DNA of 64,000 bases from an uncultured Clostridia bacterium (GCA_947629505.1 CANRDW010000001.1:7750-71749), one strand, 5' to 3'; positions 20,101 to 28,118 are shown, counted from the first letter of the stretch. The notes: generated by a model from the letters alone, not told the origin. Numbers and translations: made by a program.

Positions 20101-21463
20101 TGACAGGTGTTGGGTTTGTTTCATCAACTATATTTGAAATTGCATATGTTCCGTCTGTGGATTCATTTTCATTGCCATAGATGTCTTTAATGTTGTAGTT
20201 GAATGTGTACCATCCATCTTGAAGTGGCTTGAATTTTGAAGGGTCTTTCAAATAGCCGTTTTCGTCAACAACATCTGCATAGATTTTAACACCATCAACT
20301 TCGATGTCTTTGATGTCTTCATATGCTCTGTTGCTGCTTGATGACATATATCTAACTTTAACTCTGTAATAAACATCAACTGCTTCGTTTGCAGGAGTTG
20401 TTGTTGAACTTGTAAGCCCTTTTGCTTCTGGAAGAGTGATTTCAACGCCTGTTTGTGCAGATGTTGGGAAATTTGAAACTTGAATTACAGGTTTTTTGTA
20501 GTTTTCATAATAACCCTTTCTTTCATCATTTTTTGCATAAACGTTGATTTCTTTTGTTGTGGATGTCACAAAGTTTCCATTGTCATAGAAAGCATATCTG
20601 ATTGTATATTTCCCAGATGCGGTGTTTTCAGAAGTGAAAACTGTTGATGCAATTTTGTATTGTGTTTTTGTTTCATCACCATCAACAGGTGTGATATCAA
20701 CATCTTCTGATTTGCTGTCAATGGCTGTGATTTGAAGCACATATCCACTGCTTTTTGCTGGTTTTGTCTTCTCAGTTGAAACTGTGATTTTTTTGCCGTT
20801 TTCTTCGTTGTAAACTTCGCCATCCTCACCTGTGATTTCAGGGATTGGAAGAAGAACATCATTTGGGTCACCAACGTTAAGGTCAATTATGCTTGGAATG
20901 AATGCTGGTGTGTTGTTTTTGAAATCGATTGTGGCATTTGAAAGTGTGCTTTCAATCTTGAATTCAAATTTGTTTTCATACTGTTTTGGTGTTCCAGATA
21001 AAACTGAAGTAACTTCTTGATATGTGTATGAATATGTGATCACATATGTTCCAACTTTTTCAACTTCCAAAACGCCATCTTGAAGTTTAACACCATCTGT
21101 GTTTTCGGCAGAGCCATATCCAACAGTCACACTTGTTGATACAATCTTAACTTTTGATTCATCGGTTGGATGTTCAAGTTCTGTGTCGTTAACATCTGCA
21201 GAGCCAATGGCAAGACTTGTGCTGCCGCCAATATATGCTGTTGGAATGGTGTATTGTTCACCCTTCTTGACAGAAGTAGTTTTGTTTGCGTCAGCAAGTT
21301 TTAAAGTAATGTAGTTGTAATCAACTTTTGTGCCTTCTGGGAGTGAAACTGCAGCAAGTGCCAAAAGTGCGTCATTTGGCATGCAAATAACTGCAAGCGC
21401 AAAAGCAACTGCAAACACCAATCCTCTTAAAAATATTGAATGATTTTTTCTTTTAAGTTTCAT
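17120..21463 (-). CDS. giant cell-surface protein, 1,447 aa (signal peptide, tandem Ig-like modules, C-terminal TM anchor)
   Basis: RBS TAGGAGA. Signal peptide MKLKRKNHSIFLRGLVFAVAFALAV.... At least six D-x-(A/S)GN ... P-x-I module ends (KDIYGNENES, AIDKSGNDRD, TYDDAGNPTM, ARDSADNVITY, VEDMAGNRDTW, AYDDVGNKGT), typical of HYR/bacterial Ig-like surface domains. C-terminal GTILIVISVVVLAGVIIYFIV plus SKVKLDKELKKK. Confidence 0.85.
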   Translation of the reverse strand: MKLKRKNHSIFLRGLVFAVAFALAVICMPNDALLALAAVSLPEGTKVDYNYITLKLADANKTTSVKKGEQYTIPTAYIGGSTSLAIGSADVNDTELEHPTDESKVKIVSTSVTVGYGSAENTDGVKLQDGVLEVEKVGTYVITYSYTYQEVTSVLSGTPKQYENKFEFKIESTLSNATIDFKNNTPAFIPSIIDLNVGDPNDVLLPIPEITGEDGEVYNEENGKKITVSTEKTKPAKSSGYVLQITAIDSKSEDVDITPVDGDETKTQYKIASTVFTSENTASGKYTIRYAFYDNGNFVTSTTKEINVYAKNDERKGYYENYKKPVIQVSNFPTSAQTGVEITLPEAKGLTSSTTTPANEAVDVYYRVKVRYMSSSSNRAYEDIKDIEVDGVKIYADVVDENGYLKDPSKFKPLQDGWYTFNYNIKDIYGNENESTDGTYAISNIVDETNPTPVIYDASVVDADKKPTYEDATYKLKTNANPNAVVVYAIGIDDNVSTIDDNNQENGVVLNRRIATSLTDLFTIDGYDAYNLIFNFSGENSAKTFDDAWEAMLDKNYLISKAVDKYNSANPEATLDSVEKKFGWLKENNYLVVIDNGNLQNIIDLFGEATFEGAKTGDTLTPEDLKAWLQAKSEEDLTKLGFAYIDYDKTFGATTDNGLTTGQGVGQYFVHYVAIDKSGNDRDISRPIYITSTTDSAAPTLKFSTQLAASYLPEATITFDAPSATDTSDSNMYKRVLYRYLDGKGNLIEFEDGANEEKGYVDLDELYKDLRDKYVADSGTNLADLYEEYHDYELTDGTVKDYSKKFDGYKELTDTSVSSYSIKLSEAPEGAEKLQIVAFTYDDAGNPTMAAMQTNIYTTKDSSAPIFLSVENNMTEETIYQGAEIVLPTLKVADDSVGYMTYEVKATRVDKDSKEYAIDVADSYSSRQTNYDGSGVYTIHAGKFTASADGTYKIAITARDSADNVITYFKEYKVEPRILIQQPQISASLTSGTYQLNDNPRIELPTPTVYYQIPNSITYTEFKKNEDDAKGAAYVVMGVEPDGTASDMGWETNFGVKGLFEPKEVGIYDLQYTVKIRIYKPTMFTFNESTFEGGKYEDKNYFTLKDNTDLSGYFYAENEGELKYYDTETKSYYVFKLEDGKVVTYKDGKVSSFAKSDSVTEDIFEGLKVYVRQSDVYRIEVVDTVKPVITHHDYDDSLTKEQFANKLNEEHGFTVYGIEANEEINWESENTGIDFEWSPVKNSNNVAGFTEQLTGRTDKVIDQSKFGDDPTKTNGTIKITYKVEDMAGNRDTWTKTITVGDNENPVIIVKSGFVKESRSYTLGEQLRINTKALDVTDNYEMTNKEITIKVVDSSNNELEYDEDGDYRVYNITEVGTYRIILEAYDDVGNKGTNNSVSVTFTARAQDPVMTYQVVGTILIVISVVVLAGVIIYFIVSKVKLDKELKKK

Positions 21464-21505
21464 AAGGTCAATCTCCTAATATTCAATGAATAGTTTAACA
21501 AAATT

Positions 21506-21535
21506 ATTTTATCTTATTTTTGCCCTAAAAGTCAA
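21506..21535 (-). promoter_or_regulatory. promoter of the 1,447-aa gene
   Basis: TTGACT (21535-21530), 18-nt spacer, TAAAAT (21511-21506). It is bracketed by a 9-bp inverted repeat (see findings). Confidence 0.45.
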
Positions 21536-21654
21536 ATAATTTAAGCGTTTTCTAGGGCAAAGTTTACGAATATTTTGTGGGATAAAAATTTTTGTATTCT
21601 GCAATAAAAACACTTTTATTGTCGAATTTTTTACCACGCACTTTTTATGTAGAT

Positions 21655-21677
21655 AAAAACAGGCAACAAAGTGCCTG
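21655..21677 (-). terminator. rplA terminator
   Basis: CAGGCA(ctttgt)TGCCTG followed by a U-run, 11 nt after the rplA stop. Confidence 0.6.
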
Positions 21678-21688
21678 CTTTGTTAAAC

Positions 21689-22369
21689 TTAAATGTTGTA
21701 AGAAACTTTAACGCCAGGGCCCATTGAAGAAGCCAATGTGACGCTTTTGATGTATTGTCCCTTTGCGGCAGCAGGTTTTGCTTTTACAATAGCATCCATA
21801 ACTGTGTTGAAGTTTTCAACAAGTTTTTCTTTTCCAAAACTCTTTTTGCCGATGATAACGTGAATGATGTTGCCTTTGTCAAGTCTGTATTCAACTTTTC
21901 CGGCTTTAACATCAGAAATAGCCTTTGTCACATCCATTGTGACAGTGCCACTCTTTGGGTTTGGCATCAAGCCCTTAGGCCCAAGGATTTTAGCAATGCG
22001 ACCAACAACACCCATCATATCAGGTGTTGTGATGCACACATCAAAATCAAGCCATCCGCCATTGATTTTTGCAACAATTTCTTCAGCGCCAACATAGTCA
22101 GCCCCTGCTTTTGTTGCTTCGTCCGCTTTATCTCCGCGAGCGATAACTAAAACGCGAACAGATTTTCCTGTTCCGTGTGGAAGAACAACAACGCCACGAA
22201 CTTGTTGGTCTGCATTTCTTCCATCAACGCCTAAACGAACGTGAAGTTCAACTGATTCGTCAAACTTTGCAGTTGAAGTTGCAAGCACGTTTTCCATTGC
22301 AGTGCCAACTTCAAAAGCTTCTGCCTTGTTGAAACTTTCAAGGCTTTTTAAATATCTTTTTCCTTTCAT
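21689..22369 (-). CDS. rplA: 50S ribosomal protein L1
   Basis: [21 protein letters not shown]...[29 protein letters not shown] 22369 has an AGGAGG RBS. The track start at 22423 is an upstream extension into rplK. Confidence 0.95.
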   Translation of the reverse strand: MKGKRYLKSLESFNKAEAFEVGTAMENVLATSTAKFDESVELHVRLGVDGRNADQQVRGVVVLPHGTGKSVRVLVIARGDKADEATKAGADYVGAEEIVAKINGGWLDFDVCITTPDMMGVVGRIAKILGPKGLMPNPKSGTVTMDVTKAISDVKAGKVEYRLDKGNIIHVIIGKKSFGKEKLVENFNTVMDAIVKAKPAAAKGQYIKSVTLASSMGPGVKVSYNI

Positions 22370-22379
22370 GTCTGCCTCC

Positions 22380-22805
22380 TTAGTCCACAACTTCAACGCC
22401 CATGCTTCTTGCAGCACCTGCAATCATGGACATTGCACTTTCGATTGAAGCAGCATTAAGGTCAGGCATTTTTTGCTCTGCAATCTTTCTGATCTGTTCT
22501 TTCGTGATTTTTCCGACTTTTTGTTTGTTTGGTTTAGCAGATCCTTTATCAAGCCCAAGAGCCTTTTTAATAAGGATTGCTGCAGGTGGAGTTTTCAATT
22601 CGAATGTGAAAGATCTATCTTCATAGATTGTGATCACAACAGGAATAACAAACCCTGCCTGTGAAGCGGTTTTATCATTGAATTCTTTTACAAAGCCCGC
22701 AATGTTGATACCATGTGGTCCAAGAGAAGATCCAACAGGTGGTCCCGGAGTGGCTTTGCCCGCTTCAAGTTGTAATTTTACAACTGATTTTACTTTCTTT
22801 GCCAT
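22380..22805 (-). CDS. rplK: 50S ribosomal protein L11
   Basis: [35 protein letters not shown].... RBS AGGAGG. Confidence 0.95.
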   Translation of the reverse strand: MAKKVKSVVKLQLEAGKATPGPPVGSSLGPHGINIAGFVKEFNDKTASQAGFVIPVVITIYEDRSFTFELKTPPAAILIKKALGLDKGSAKPNKQKVGKITKEQIRKIAEQKMPDLNAASIESAMSMIAGAARSMGVEVVD

Positions 22806-23010
22806 TTTAAACCTCCTAATGTGGTGAATTGGACCGGCAACAGTCCTCCCACAAAATATCTGGGACAGACACCAACTCCATCACGCCGACACGATTTGCA
22901 AGCAAATTTAACGGCTATTTCGTCGGTTTCTCTTCCCGATCCTCTTTCCTGTAAGTGATTTTCAATTTTTCATGCCGGGCAAAGCCCTACGCAAAGAAAA
23001 ATTGAAAATT
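22806..23010 (-). promoter_or_regulatory. structured 5' leader of the rplK-rplA operon (candidate L1-binding autoregulatory element)
   Basis: A GC-enriched island in otherwise AT-rich intergenic DNA. Perfect 14-bp stem 22958-22971/22996-23009 with an inner GGGC-aaa-GCCC hairpin. GGAUCGG...CCGGUCC closes a multi-branch region. A GGGAGGA element lies just upstream of the SD. Confidence 0.35.
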
Positions 23011-23113
23011 GATTATATATAAGGAAAGAAAATATATAATCAGTCAGTTTAGTGTCATAACGGACAATATTTTTATGAAAATTGGGTTTTATTTTCAAAA
23101 AATATCAACTTTA

Positions 23114-23647
23114 TCACACAATTTTGTGGATTTGTTCGAAAGAAAGTTCAACATTGTTCTCTCTTCCAAACATTTCAACGACAACTGTCACAACTCCCGC
23201 TTCAGGATTTACTGCAACAACTGTTCCGATTTGTTTGTCAAGTGGGCCCTCAATGATTTCAACTTTGTCGCCCACAACAACATCTGTTTCGACCTTAATT
23301 TTTTCAAGGCGCATTTTCAAAACTTCTTCATCAGTCAGTGGAACAGGTCTGCCGGCAGGGCCAACAAAGCCTGTGATTCCGCGAGTGTTTGTGATGTTGT
23401 GCCAAAGGTCGTCACCATATATCATTTTAACTAAGATGTAGCACGGCATACTTTTTCTTGTAACAAGTTTCTTTTTGCCATTTTTTTCTTCAATCACATC
23501 TTCTTCAGGAATTAAAATATCAAAAATTCTGTCTTCAAGGTGAAATTTCTTTACAACTGTTTCAAGATTGTCTTTTGCAACATTTTCATATCCAGAAAAT
23601 GTGTGCAATACATACCATTTTGGCTCTTTTGAATAAATGTATTCCAT
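23114..23647 (-). CDS. nusG: transcription termination/antitermination factor NusG
   Basis: 177 aa. KWYVLHTFSGYENVAKDNLE...KOW-type C-terminus. secE-nusG-rplK synteny. Confidence 0.95.
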   Translation of the reverse strand: MEYIYSKEPKWYVLHTFSGYENVAKDNLETVVKKFHLEDRIFDILIPEEDVIEEKNGKKKLVTRKSMPCYILVKMIYGDDLWHNITNTRGITGFVGPAGRPVPLTDEEVLKMRLEKIKVETDVVVGDKVEIIEGPLDKQIGTVVAVNPEAGVVTVVVEMFGRENNVELSFEQIHKIV

Positions 23648-23661
23648 AGCGTTCTCCTTAT

Positions 23662-24012
23662 TTAGCCCAAAAACGGATTGCCCATCAAAAGATTGACAAG
23701 CCCGCCTAAAAGCGTGTTAACTCCAAACAAAAATATGGCAAAAATAACGACAAAAGCAATAACAACCCCTGTCTTTTTCACAACTTCGCCAAAAGTTGGC
23801 CAAGTCACTTTTTTGAGTTCTGAAGTGGTTTCTTTGACTTTCTTAACAAGCCCACCCTTCTTTTCTTTTGGTTGCTTTTTCTTTTTGTCTTTTTCTTTGG
23901 AATCCTTGTTTTTCTTGTCGCCCTTTACTGCAACGCCCTGAGAAATCTGGTCTTGTTTCTTAGAGTTTTTGTTTTCAAGTTCGGCGTCAAGTTGTTTCTG
24001 CTTTTTAGACAT
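23662..24012 (-). CDS. secE: preprotein translocase subunit SecE (with Lys-rich N-terminal extension)
   Basis: ATG 24012 has a GGAGGAG RBS. C-terminus ELKKVTWPTFGEVVKKTGVVIAFVVIFAIFLFGVNTLL is SecE-like. The track start at 24156 overlaps rpmG. Confidence 0.85.
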   Translation of the reverse strand: MSKKQKQLDAELENKNSKKQDQISQGVAVKGDKKNKDSKEKDKKKKQPKEKKGGLVKKVKETTSELKKVTWPTFGEVVKKTGVVIAFVVIFAIFLFGVNTLLGGLVNLLMGNPFLG

Positions 24013-24025
24013 ATCTCCTCCAAAT

Positions 24026-24187
24026 TTATTTTGTTTCTTTATGCTTTGTGCGCTTGTTGCATCTTGGGCAGAATTTGTTAATTTCAATTCTTTCTGCGTT
24101 GGCAGAAGTGTTTTTCTCAGTTGAGTAATTTCTCTCTCCGCATTCTGTGCATTCAAGTGTGATGATTTTGCGTTTTGGTGCTGCCAT
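24026..24187 (-). CDS. rpmG: 50S ribosomal protein L33
   Basis: [26 protein letters not shown]...[30 protein letters not shown]-17-TATTAT promoter lies upstream. Confidence 0.9.
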   Translation of the reverse strand: MAAPKRKIITLECTECGERNYSTEKNTSANAERIEINKFCPRCNKRTKHKETK

Positions 24188-24303
24188 CTTCTTATCTCCT
24201 AACAAAAAAACTAACACCCTCAAAGGAAGTGTCGGCTATATAATAACACAACAAAAAAACTAAGTCAAGTGTTTTGGAAAACTTCTTCAAATAATTTGTG
24301 TTT

Positions 24304-24332
24304 AAAATAAAAAAAGTGAGATCACTCTCACT
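24304..24332 (-). terminator. rho-independent terminator
   Basis: AGTGAGA(gtga)TCTCACT then a U-run, directly after the stop at 24333. Confidence 0.65.
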
Positions 24333-24617
24333 TTACAATTCGCTGAGTTCAACAATCGCATCAACATACATTGCAATTTCTTTATCTTTGCACTTTGGCA
24401 AAATATTTTCAAGCTTTGTTGGCTTTGGATAATCAACTTCATATTTTGTCGCATATGTGAAATAAACTTTAAGCAAATTTTTTGCGTTGATATATGCTTC
24501 TGACAAATTTTGCCCATCTGTGTAAATGTTTAAATCTGGGAAAATAACTTGATAACTGCCATCTTCATCTCTAATAAATATCGATGGATATAAGAATTGA
24601 CGCCTTTTAATACTCAT
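24333..24617 (-). CDS. HicB-like (UPF0150-type) antitoxin-family protein, no HicA partner seen
   Basis: LYPSIFIRDEDGSYQVIFPDLNIYTDGQNLSEAYINAKNLL matches the HicB N-terminal domain pattern. ATG 24617 has a GGGGTG RBS. Confidence 0.55.
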   Translation of the reverse strand: MSIKRRQFLYPSIFIRDEDGSYQVIFPDLNIYTDGQNLSEAYINAKNLLKVYFTYATKYEVDYPKPTKLENILPKCKDKEIAMYVDAIVELSEL

Positions 24618-24689
24618 ATAAAACACCCCATAAAATATTTCTTATATTCATATTCTAGCACATATTTTTTGAAAAACAAAACAAATAAC

Positions 24690-24716
24690 AAAAAAATATC
24701 GCAAAATTTGCGATAT
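24690..24716 (-). terminator. rho-independent terminator
   Basis: Palindrome ATATCGCAAA/TTTGCGATAT flanked by A and T runs, 10 nt after the stop of the 62-aa ORF. Confidence 0.6.
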
Positions 24717-24725
24717 TTTTTAAAT

Positions 24726-24914
24726 TTATAAACTTCTTATGATTTCTCCGTTGTCCATAAGGGCTTTTTCATTGCCAAGCCCCGACTTTAAAACAGCGGC
24801 AGTGTCAATTTGATATGATTTAGATATTTCTTCTGGGGTAACAAATCCTGTTTCTCTTCTGTCTTTTGCAATTCTTGCTGCGATGTCGCGCATTCTTTCT
24901 TCTCTATTGCTCAT
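24726..24914 (-). CDS. small hypothetical protein (62 aa)
   Basis: Strong GGAGGTG RBS and its own terminator. No family recognised. Confidence 0.5.
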   Translation of the reverse strand: MSNREERMRDIAARIAKDRRETGFVTPEEISKSYQIDTAAVLKSGLGNEKALMDNGEIIRSL

Positions 24915-25007
24915 AATAACACCTCCATGTTATCTAACTTTCATGTCCATATCATAACACAAAAATTTGATTTTGTAAAGGGCTTTTTTAAATTTTTTTG
25001 AAAAAGT

Positions 25008-26798
25008 TTACATTTTCTCAACTGTGTCAATGCCAAGTGTCCACAGTGCTTTTTCAAGACAAGCCTTCACAAGCAGGGAAAGTGCAAGCAGACTTTGTTT
25101 GACATTTTCGTCAATTTCAGCGAGAATTTTGTGATTGTTGTATAAAGTTGAAAACGCCGAAGCCAAATCAAAAGTTGCAAGACAAAGTGCATTCAACGAA
25201 TATGCCTCATAACAAACATTATATGCTGAGTTGAGTTTCAATATGGCAAGGGCGATGTTTCTTTCTTCTTCGCTTTGTATGTTGATTTCCCCGCCCTTAA
25301 AGTTTGCTTTAGAAAGGATGGAGTTTATGCGCGCAATTGTATATTGAATGTAAGGCCCCGTCTTGCCGTCAAACGAAAGGAATTTGTCAATATCGAAAAC
25401 ATAGTCCTTTTCAACTGTGTTTGAAAGGTCGCCAAATTTCATTGCGCCCACACCAATTTTTCTTGCAAGTTCTCTGTCACCTTTGATGCCGTTTGACGCA
25501 AGTTTTTCTTCCGCCTTTGAAATCAAAAGATTGACAACATCTTTGAATTTGACAGTTGCGCCCGAACGCGTCTTGAAAGGCTTGCCGTCTTGCCCGTTCA
25601 TGGTGCCAAAGGCAATATGCGTGAGTTTTTGGCTCTCAGGCGAGATGCCCGCAAGTTTGCAGCATCTGAACACCTGTTTAAAGTGCATGATTTGGCGATT
25701 GTCAGTCAGATAGATAATCTCATCTGGATGATAATCTCTGTTTCTAATTAAAATTGTGGCAATGTCGGTTGTAGCATAGACATCTCCGCCGTTATACTTC
25801 TTTATTATCGCTGGTGGCATAGGGTTTTTGTAGCGCTGCGGTTCGTCTTCACTCTTCTTTGGAATTGGAATATGTTCGCCCTCAAGTGCAACATCCACAA
25901 CAAGCGCATCTTCGCTCTCTCTTGCAAGAGCTTTGTCAACAAAGATTTGCACAGTTTCGTCAATGCTGCCTTGCGCGTCACTTTCGCCATAATAAAAATC
26001 AAACTGAGTGTTTAAAAGCGCATAGTTTTTTTGAATTTCCGCAACGGACAAGTCCTTTATCTTTTTATATATAGTATAATATGGTTCTTTTTTCTGTTGA
26101 ATATATAATGTGAAGTCATCCGCCTGCTTTTTAAATTCTTCGTCAACATCTTTGCGTTTTGAAGCCTTTGGATATTCTTCGTTTAAAAGGTCAAGTGTCA
26201 CATTTTCAAGCGCTAAATCTTGAATTTTTGCGTTTTTTTCAAAGAATTTGTCCAAAAATCCGTCAATTTTAAGTTGCAAAAGTGTAAGCCCCATTTGAAG
26301 TCCGTAGTCGCCAAGATGCACATCTGCCAAAACTCTGTCGCCCATAACGGCGTGAAGTCTTTTCATCGCCTCGCCCACAATCGGCGAACGCAAATGTCCA
26401 ACATGCAACTCTTTTGCCACATTCGCCCCGCCATAGTCGAAGAAAACAAGCCTTGGCTTTTCAACTTGTTCAACCCCTAAATTCTTGTCATTTTTAATAA
26501 AATTGCAAAATTCCGACAGAGCCAAATTTGTCACTTTTATGTTGATAAATCCCGGCATAACTGCAGAAAATTCATATTTTTTCGCATTTTTTGCGTTTTT
26601 TTCAATATTTTTAACGATTTTTTCGGCAAGTTCAATTGGTTTTTCTCCCAAAGCCTTTGCCACAAGCATGGCAAAATTGCATTGATAATCACAAAGTTCT
26701 GGTCGATTTGAAAACACAACACAAATTTTTGACGCGTCAAGCCCCATCTCCTTTGCCACACTGCACAAAATGTCTGTGAGTTCTTTTTTGATGTTCAT
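25008..26798 (-). CDS. argS: arginine--tRNA ligase
   Basis: 596 aa. ...FFDYGGANVAKELHVGHLRS... (HIGH-type motif), class I fold and a DALR-like C-terminus. ATG 26798 has a GGAG RBS; the track start is an upstream GTG. Confidence 0.95.
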   Translation of the reverse strand: MNIKKELTDILCSVAKEMGLDASKICVVFSNRPELCDYQCNFAMLVAKALGEKPIELAEKIVKNIEKNAKNAKKYEFSAVMPGFINIKVTNLALSEFCNFIKNDKNLGVEQVEKPRLVFFDYGGANVAKELHVGHLRSPIVGEAMKRLHAVMGDRVLADVHLGDYGLQMGLTLLQLKIDGFLDKFFEKNAKIQDLALENVTLDLLNEEYPKASKRKDVDEEFKKQADDFTLYIQQKKEPYYTIYKKIKDLSVAEIQKNYALLNTQFDFYYGESDAQGSIDETVQIFVDKALARESEDALVVDVALEGEHIPIPKKSEDEPQRYKNPMPPAIIKKYNGGDVYATTDIATILIRNRDYHPDEIIYLTDNRQIMHFKQVFRCCKLAGISPESQKLTHIAFGTMNGQDGKPFKTRSGATVKFKDVVNLLISKAEEKLASNGIKGDRELARKIGVGAMKFGDLSNTVEKDYVFDIDKFLSFDGKTGPYIQYTIARINSILSKANFKGGEINIQSEEERNIALAILKLNSAYNVCYEAYSLNALCLATFDLASAFSTLYNNHKILAEIDENVKQSLLALSLLVKACLEKALWTLGIDTVEKM

Positions 26799-26827
26799 AT
26801 TTTTCTCCACGGCTTAGTATATCATAA

Positions 26828-26857
26828 AAAAAACAAAAAAGCAAAGATTTCTTTGCT
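26828..26857 (-). terminator. recR terminator
   Basis: AGCAAAG(aaat)CTTTGCT followed by a long U-run immediately after the recR stop. Confidence 0.7.
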
Positions 26858-27442
26858 TTAAATTTCTTGTCTGGACTTTAAGGCTTTTTCAAGTGTGATT
26901 TCGTCCGCAAACTCAATGTCACTGCCCATAGCAATGCCCTGCGCAAGACGGGTCACTTTCACACCCAGCGGCTTTAAAAGTTTTGCAATATACATTGCCG
27001 TGGCTTCGCCTTCCACATCTGGATTTGTTGCCATAATTACTTCTTGCACGCCATTTTTTTGCACGCGAGATAAAAGTTCTTTCACTTTTATATCATTTGG
27101 GCCTTTGTTTTCAAGCGGATTTATGCAGCCAAACAGCACATGATAAACTCCGTCAAAACTCTTCACTTTCTCCATGGACAAAATGTCTTTTGGTTCTTGC
27201 ACAACACAGATGATTTTTTGATTTCTTTTTTCGCAGATTGGGCAGATGTCCTTTGCGCTGTAATTTCCACATTCGCGGCAAAATTTAACTTTGTCTTTCG
27301 CTTCAATGATTGCTTTTGCAAAATTTTCCGCTTTTTCACGGCTGTTTTCAATTATATAAAAGGCATAGCGCTGGGCAGTTTTCTGCCCAACCCCTGGCAA
27401 ACTTTTGAAATATTCAACAAGTCTTTCAATCGGCTCTTCCAT
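26858..27442 (-). CDS. recR: recombination protein RecR
   Basis: LPGVGQKTAQRYAFYI (HhH), C4 zinc finger CRECGNYS...CPIC, Toprim region. dnaX-ybaB-recR synteny. Confidence 0.95.
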   Translation of the reverse strand: MEEPIERLVEYFKSLPGVGQKTAQRYAFYIIENSREKAENFAKAIIEAKDKVKFCRECGNYSAKDICPICEKRNQKIICVVQEPKDILSMEKVKSFDGVYHVLFGCINPLENKGPNDIKVKELLSRVQKNGVQEVIMATNPDVEGEATAMYIAKLLKPLGVKVTRLAQGIAMGSDIEFADEITLEKALKSRQEI

Positions 27443-27443
27443 C

Positions 27444-27761
27444 TCACATTCCTATATTTGGCAGTTTGGATGTTTCGTCCGCGGTTATCTTTGCCATGCA
27501 GTCGTTAAACGCACTGACAACCAAATCTTCAAGCATTTCAACATCGTCTGGGTCAACAACTTCCTTTTTTATTCTCACGGCCTTTACCGTTCTGTTTCCA
27601 AAGCAAGTCACTTCAACCATGCCGCCGCCAACAGAAGATGTGTATTCTGTTTCATCAATCTCCTGTCTTATTCTTTTCATATCCTCTTGCATTTTCTGTG
27701 CTTGGCGCATAAGTGCTTGCATATTTCCGCCGCCAAAGCCACCACCAAATCCGTATCCCAT
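27444..27761 (-). CDS. ybaB: YbaB/EbfC family nucleoid-associated protein
   Basis: 105 aa. NMQALMRQAQKMQEDMKRIRQEI...GGGMVEVTCFGN. Confidence 0.9.
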   Translation of the reverse strand: MGYGFGGGFGGGNMQALMRQAQKMQEDMKRIRQEIDETEYTSSVGGGMVEVTCFGNRTVKAVRIKKEVVDPDDVEMLEDLVVSAFNDCMAKITADETSKLPNIGM

Positions 27762-27773
27762 ATTACAACTCCT

Positions 27774-28118
27774 TTATTCTATTTCAACTTTATTGCCAAA
27801 AAAGTCTTTAGCTTTTTTTATGTCTTTTTCAATCTTTTGTTCTTTGCTTTCAAATTTCACAACTTCAAACTTCAAATCCAAGCCCTGCCAACGAATGGCC
27901 GCTTCGATGTCCTTTCTGCCGTTTTCCAAAACGTCAATTAAAAAGTCATCTGAAGAGCGAATCACAAGTCTGCCGTCAATAAGTTGTGCATTTGTAATAT
28001 CTCCGCACGCCACATGAAGCGCCACTTTTTTATGCTCTTTAAGATAAAGCACAATCTTTCCCCAAACATTGCCGGCGGACAATTTTGTTGTGTCAACCTC
28101 AATTTTCAGTTTTTTTTT
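27774..28118 (-). CDS. dnaX: dnaX C-terminal (tau-specific) segment, encoded in the -1 frame relative to dnaX
   Basis: An open frame of 112 codons begins inside the A9 tract. It has no internal Met, no RBS and no independent start. It ends 12 nt before ybaB, where the end of dnaX is expected. Confidence 0.6.
   Translation of the reverse strand, partial: KKKLKIEVDTTKLSAGNVWGKIVLYLKEHKKVALHVACGDITNAQLIDGRLVIRSSDDFLIDVLENGRKDIEAAIRWQGLDLKFEVVKFESKEQKIEKDIKKAKDFFGNKVEIE

Noticed and set aside
23009-23441. Two plus-strand ORFs (141 and 119 aa) overlapping nusG and the rplK leader
   Set aside because: They are antisense to the well-supported nusG, have low-complexity translations and have no RBS.
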